From contig CALWHE010000001.1 of assembly GCA_944380295.1 (NCBI GenBank), positions 1,172-65,171 of the forward strand: a stretch of DNA of 64,000 bases, written 5' to 3'. Shown here one piece after another: positions 62,775-64,000 of the stretch. This DNA comes from an uncultured Christensenellaceae bacterium (GTDB lineage: Bacteria; Bacillota; Clostridia; Christensenellales; UBA3700). The first letter of the stretch is position 1, and every line of letters starts with the position of its first letter. The notes under the pieces were generated by a model. The model worked only from the letters and a program-made list of their open reading frames with translations, was not told where the DNA came from and did no database searches. A program made the translations under genes and the position numbers.

Positions 62775-64000
62775 ATGAAAGAAAAACTTCAAAACATGTG
62801 GCTGACCGTCCGCCGTTATTGGCAGCGCCCGCAAAAGGGCGAAACGGTGGCATACAAGGAAGTGGCGGCATACTCCGTGGGCGCGATGGGCGTGAAATCG
62901 TTCGGCTCTTTGCTCACTTACATACAGATGGCGCCCACCTGCCTTTTGATCGCCTCCGTTTACGGGCTTAGTCCCACAGACATCATGTGGCTGTTCATCG
63001 TCACCAACGTGGTGGGCGTGATAAAAACGCCCTTTGTGAGCATGTTGCAGGACAACACAAACACGCCTCTGGGCAAATTCCGCCCTTACATGCTGTGGGC
63101 GGGCATCCCCTGCGTGATCAGCACGGTGGCGCTCACCTGGCTGATCCCGTGCAACGCCTCGGTCATTCCCTTTGACGTATCGCAGATGGATCCGGAAACG
63201 GTGCGTATCCTCAAAATCGTGCTCATCGCCGTCTTTTTCAACCTGTTCAGCATCGCCCAGCCGCTGCTCACCAATGCGTTCACGGCGATCTCGCAGGTGA
63301 TAAGCCCCAACTCCAAAGAGCGCACGCGCGTGATGGGCATTTCGGAATTTTTGGGCAATCTGGGACCCAGTATCGTTCAATTCCTGCTGCCCACGCTGGG
63401 GCTTATCTGCTTTGGCAGCGAATCGTTGGAAAACATCTGGACTTACCGCATATTCATGCCCATTCTGGCGCTGACAGGCTTTTTGCTCGGGCTTTTGGTG
63501 ATGACCGGCTCGCACGAGCGGGTGGTGCTGCCCAAGAGTTACGTGAACAAGGTCAAGTTCACGGACGGCATGAGGATACTTGCCAAAAACAAGGAGTTCT
63601 GGCTGATGACCATGACCAAGTTTTTCGGCGGGTTCCAGGGCGTGCTCACCACGCTTTTGCCTTGGGTGTGCGCTTATCAGCTGGGCAACAGCGGACTTAC
63701 CGGCATTGTGCAGACCATCACTTCCGTGGGCTTTACGCCCGGCATCATCCTTGCCCCGATCATCATCGCCAAACTGGGCGCGCGCAAGGGCGGTTTCATC
63801 TTTGCCATGGGCAACGCCGTGGCGGCGGCGATCATGTTTTTCACCTTCCGGCAGGGCTTTGCCTTTTTTGTCATCTCGCTGTTCATCTATAATTTTGCGC
63901 TGGGACCGCAATATATCATGCAGACCACGGTCATGTCGGACGGCTTCGACGCCCAGCAGCTGAAAGAGGACGCCAGGATAGAAGGTTTTGCCAACAACTT
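62775..64000 (+). CDS. MFS transporter, glycoside-pentoside-hexuronide (GPH)-like; 3' end beyond window
   Basis: Frame is open from ATG 62775 to the window end and is absent from the track because it has no stop. Translation MKEKLQNMWLTVRRYWQRPQKGETVAYKEVAAYSVGAMG... has repeated hydrophobic helices. The 391-aa minus ORF opposite is an Arg/His-rich shadow. Confidence 0.7.
   Translation, partial: MKEKLQNMWLTVRRYWQRPQKGETVAYKEVAAYSVGAMGVKSFGSLLTYIQMAPTCLLIASVYGLSPTDIMWLFIVTNVVGVIKTPFVSMLQDNTNTPLGKFRPYMLWAGIPCVISTVALTWLIPCNASVIPFDVSQMDPETVRILKIVLIAVFFNLFSIAQPLLTNAFTAISQVISPNSKERTRVMGISEFLGNLGPSIVQFLLPTLGLICFGSESLENIWTYRIFMPILALTGFLLGLLVMTGSHERVVLPKSYVNKVKFTDGMRILAKNKEFWLMTMTKFFGGFQGVLTTLLPWVCAYQLGNSGLTGIVQTITSVGFTPGIILAPIIIAKLGARKGGFIFAMGNAVAAAIMFFTFRQGFAFFVISLFIYNFALGPQYIMQTTVMSDGFDAQQLKEDARIEGFANN

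Noticed and set aside
1-64000. tRNA, rRNA, tmRNA, RNase P, T-box or other riboswitches besides the L-box.
   Set aside because: I scanned the intergenic regions by eye for the GGTTCGAATCC-type T-arm, the T-box AGGGTGGNACCGCG motif and similar signatures, and found none. A proper tRNAscan or cmsearch run is still advisable.

Overview
This 64-kb segment looks like a moderately high-GC Firmicutes/Clostridia-type chromosome. That placement is an inference from the SCIFF scfA/scfB pair, hemZ, rny, and the gene order ruvC-ruvAB-queA-tgt-yajC-scfAB-secDF-recJ-relA-dtd-hemZ. I support 48 protein genes, almost all housekeeping: an asd-dapA-dapB operon behind a lysine riboswitch, infC-rpmI-rplT, the ruv/que/sec cluster, rpsO-pnp, and ftsK-rimO-pgsA-cinA-recA-rny. 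I found no rRNA, tRNA, CRISPR array, transposase, integrase or reverse transcriptase. Most long minus-strand ORFs in the track are Arg/His-rich shadows of plus-strand genes. Two things stand out. (1) Seven intergenic islands, about 6.5 kb or roughly 10% of the window, are built from one shuffled library of hairpin modules. The main unit is a four-hairpin core threaded on an invariant heptamer linker (ATTTCAC, with a concerted ATATCGC variant). The stems covary between copies, several modules overlap stop codons, and the last module sits directly against the downstream promoter. I do not recognise this family as a described repeat or RNA. (2) A roughly 1543-aa protein carries Listeria-Bacteroides-type repeats on both sides of a single central hydrophobic helix, perfect Pro/Ala/Glu tandem repeats, and a C-terminal segment resembling the ribosomal protein uL15 C-terminal domain. 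All coordinates come from reading the sequence by eye. No database searches or computations were run.
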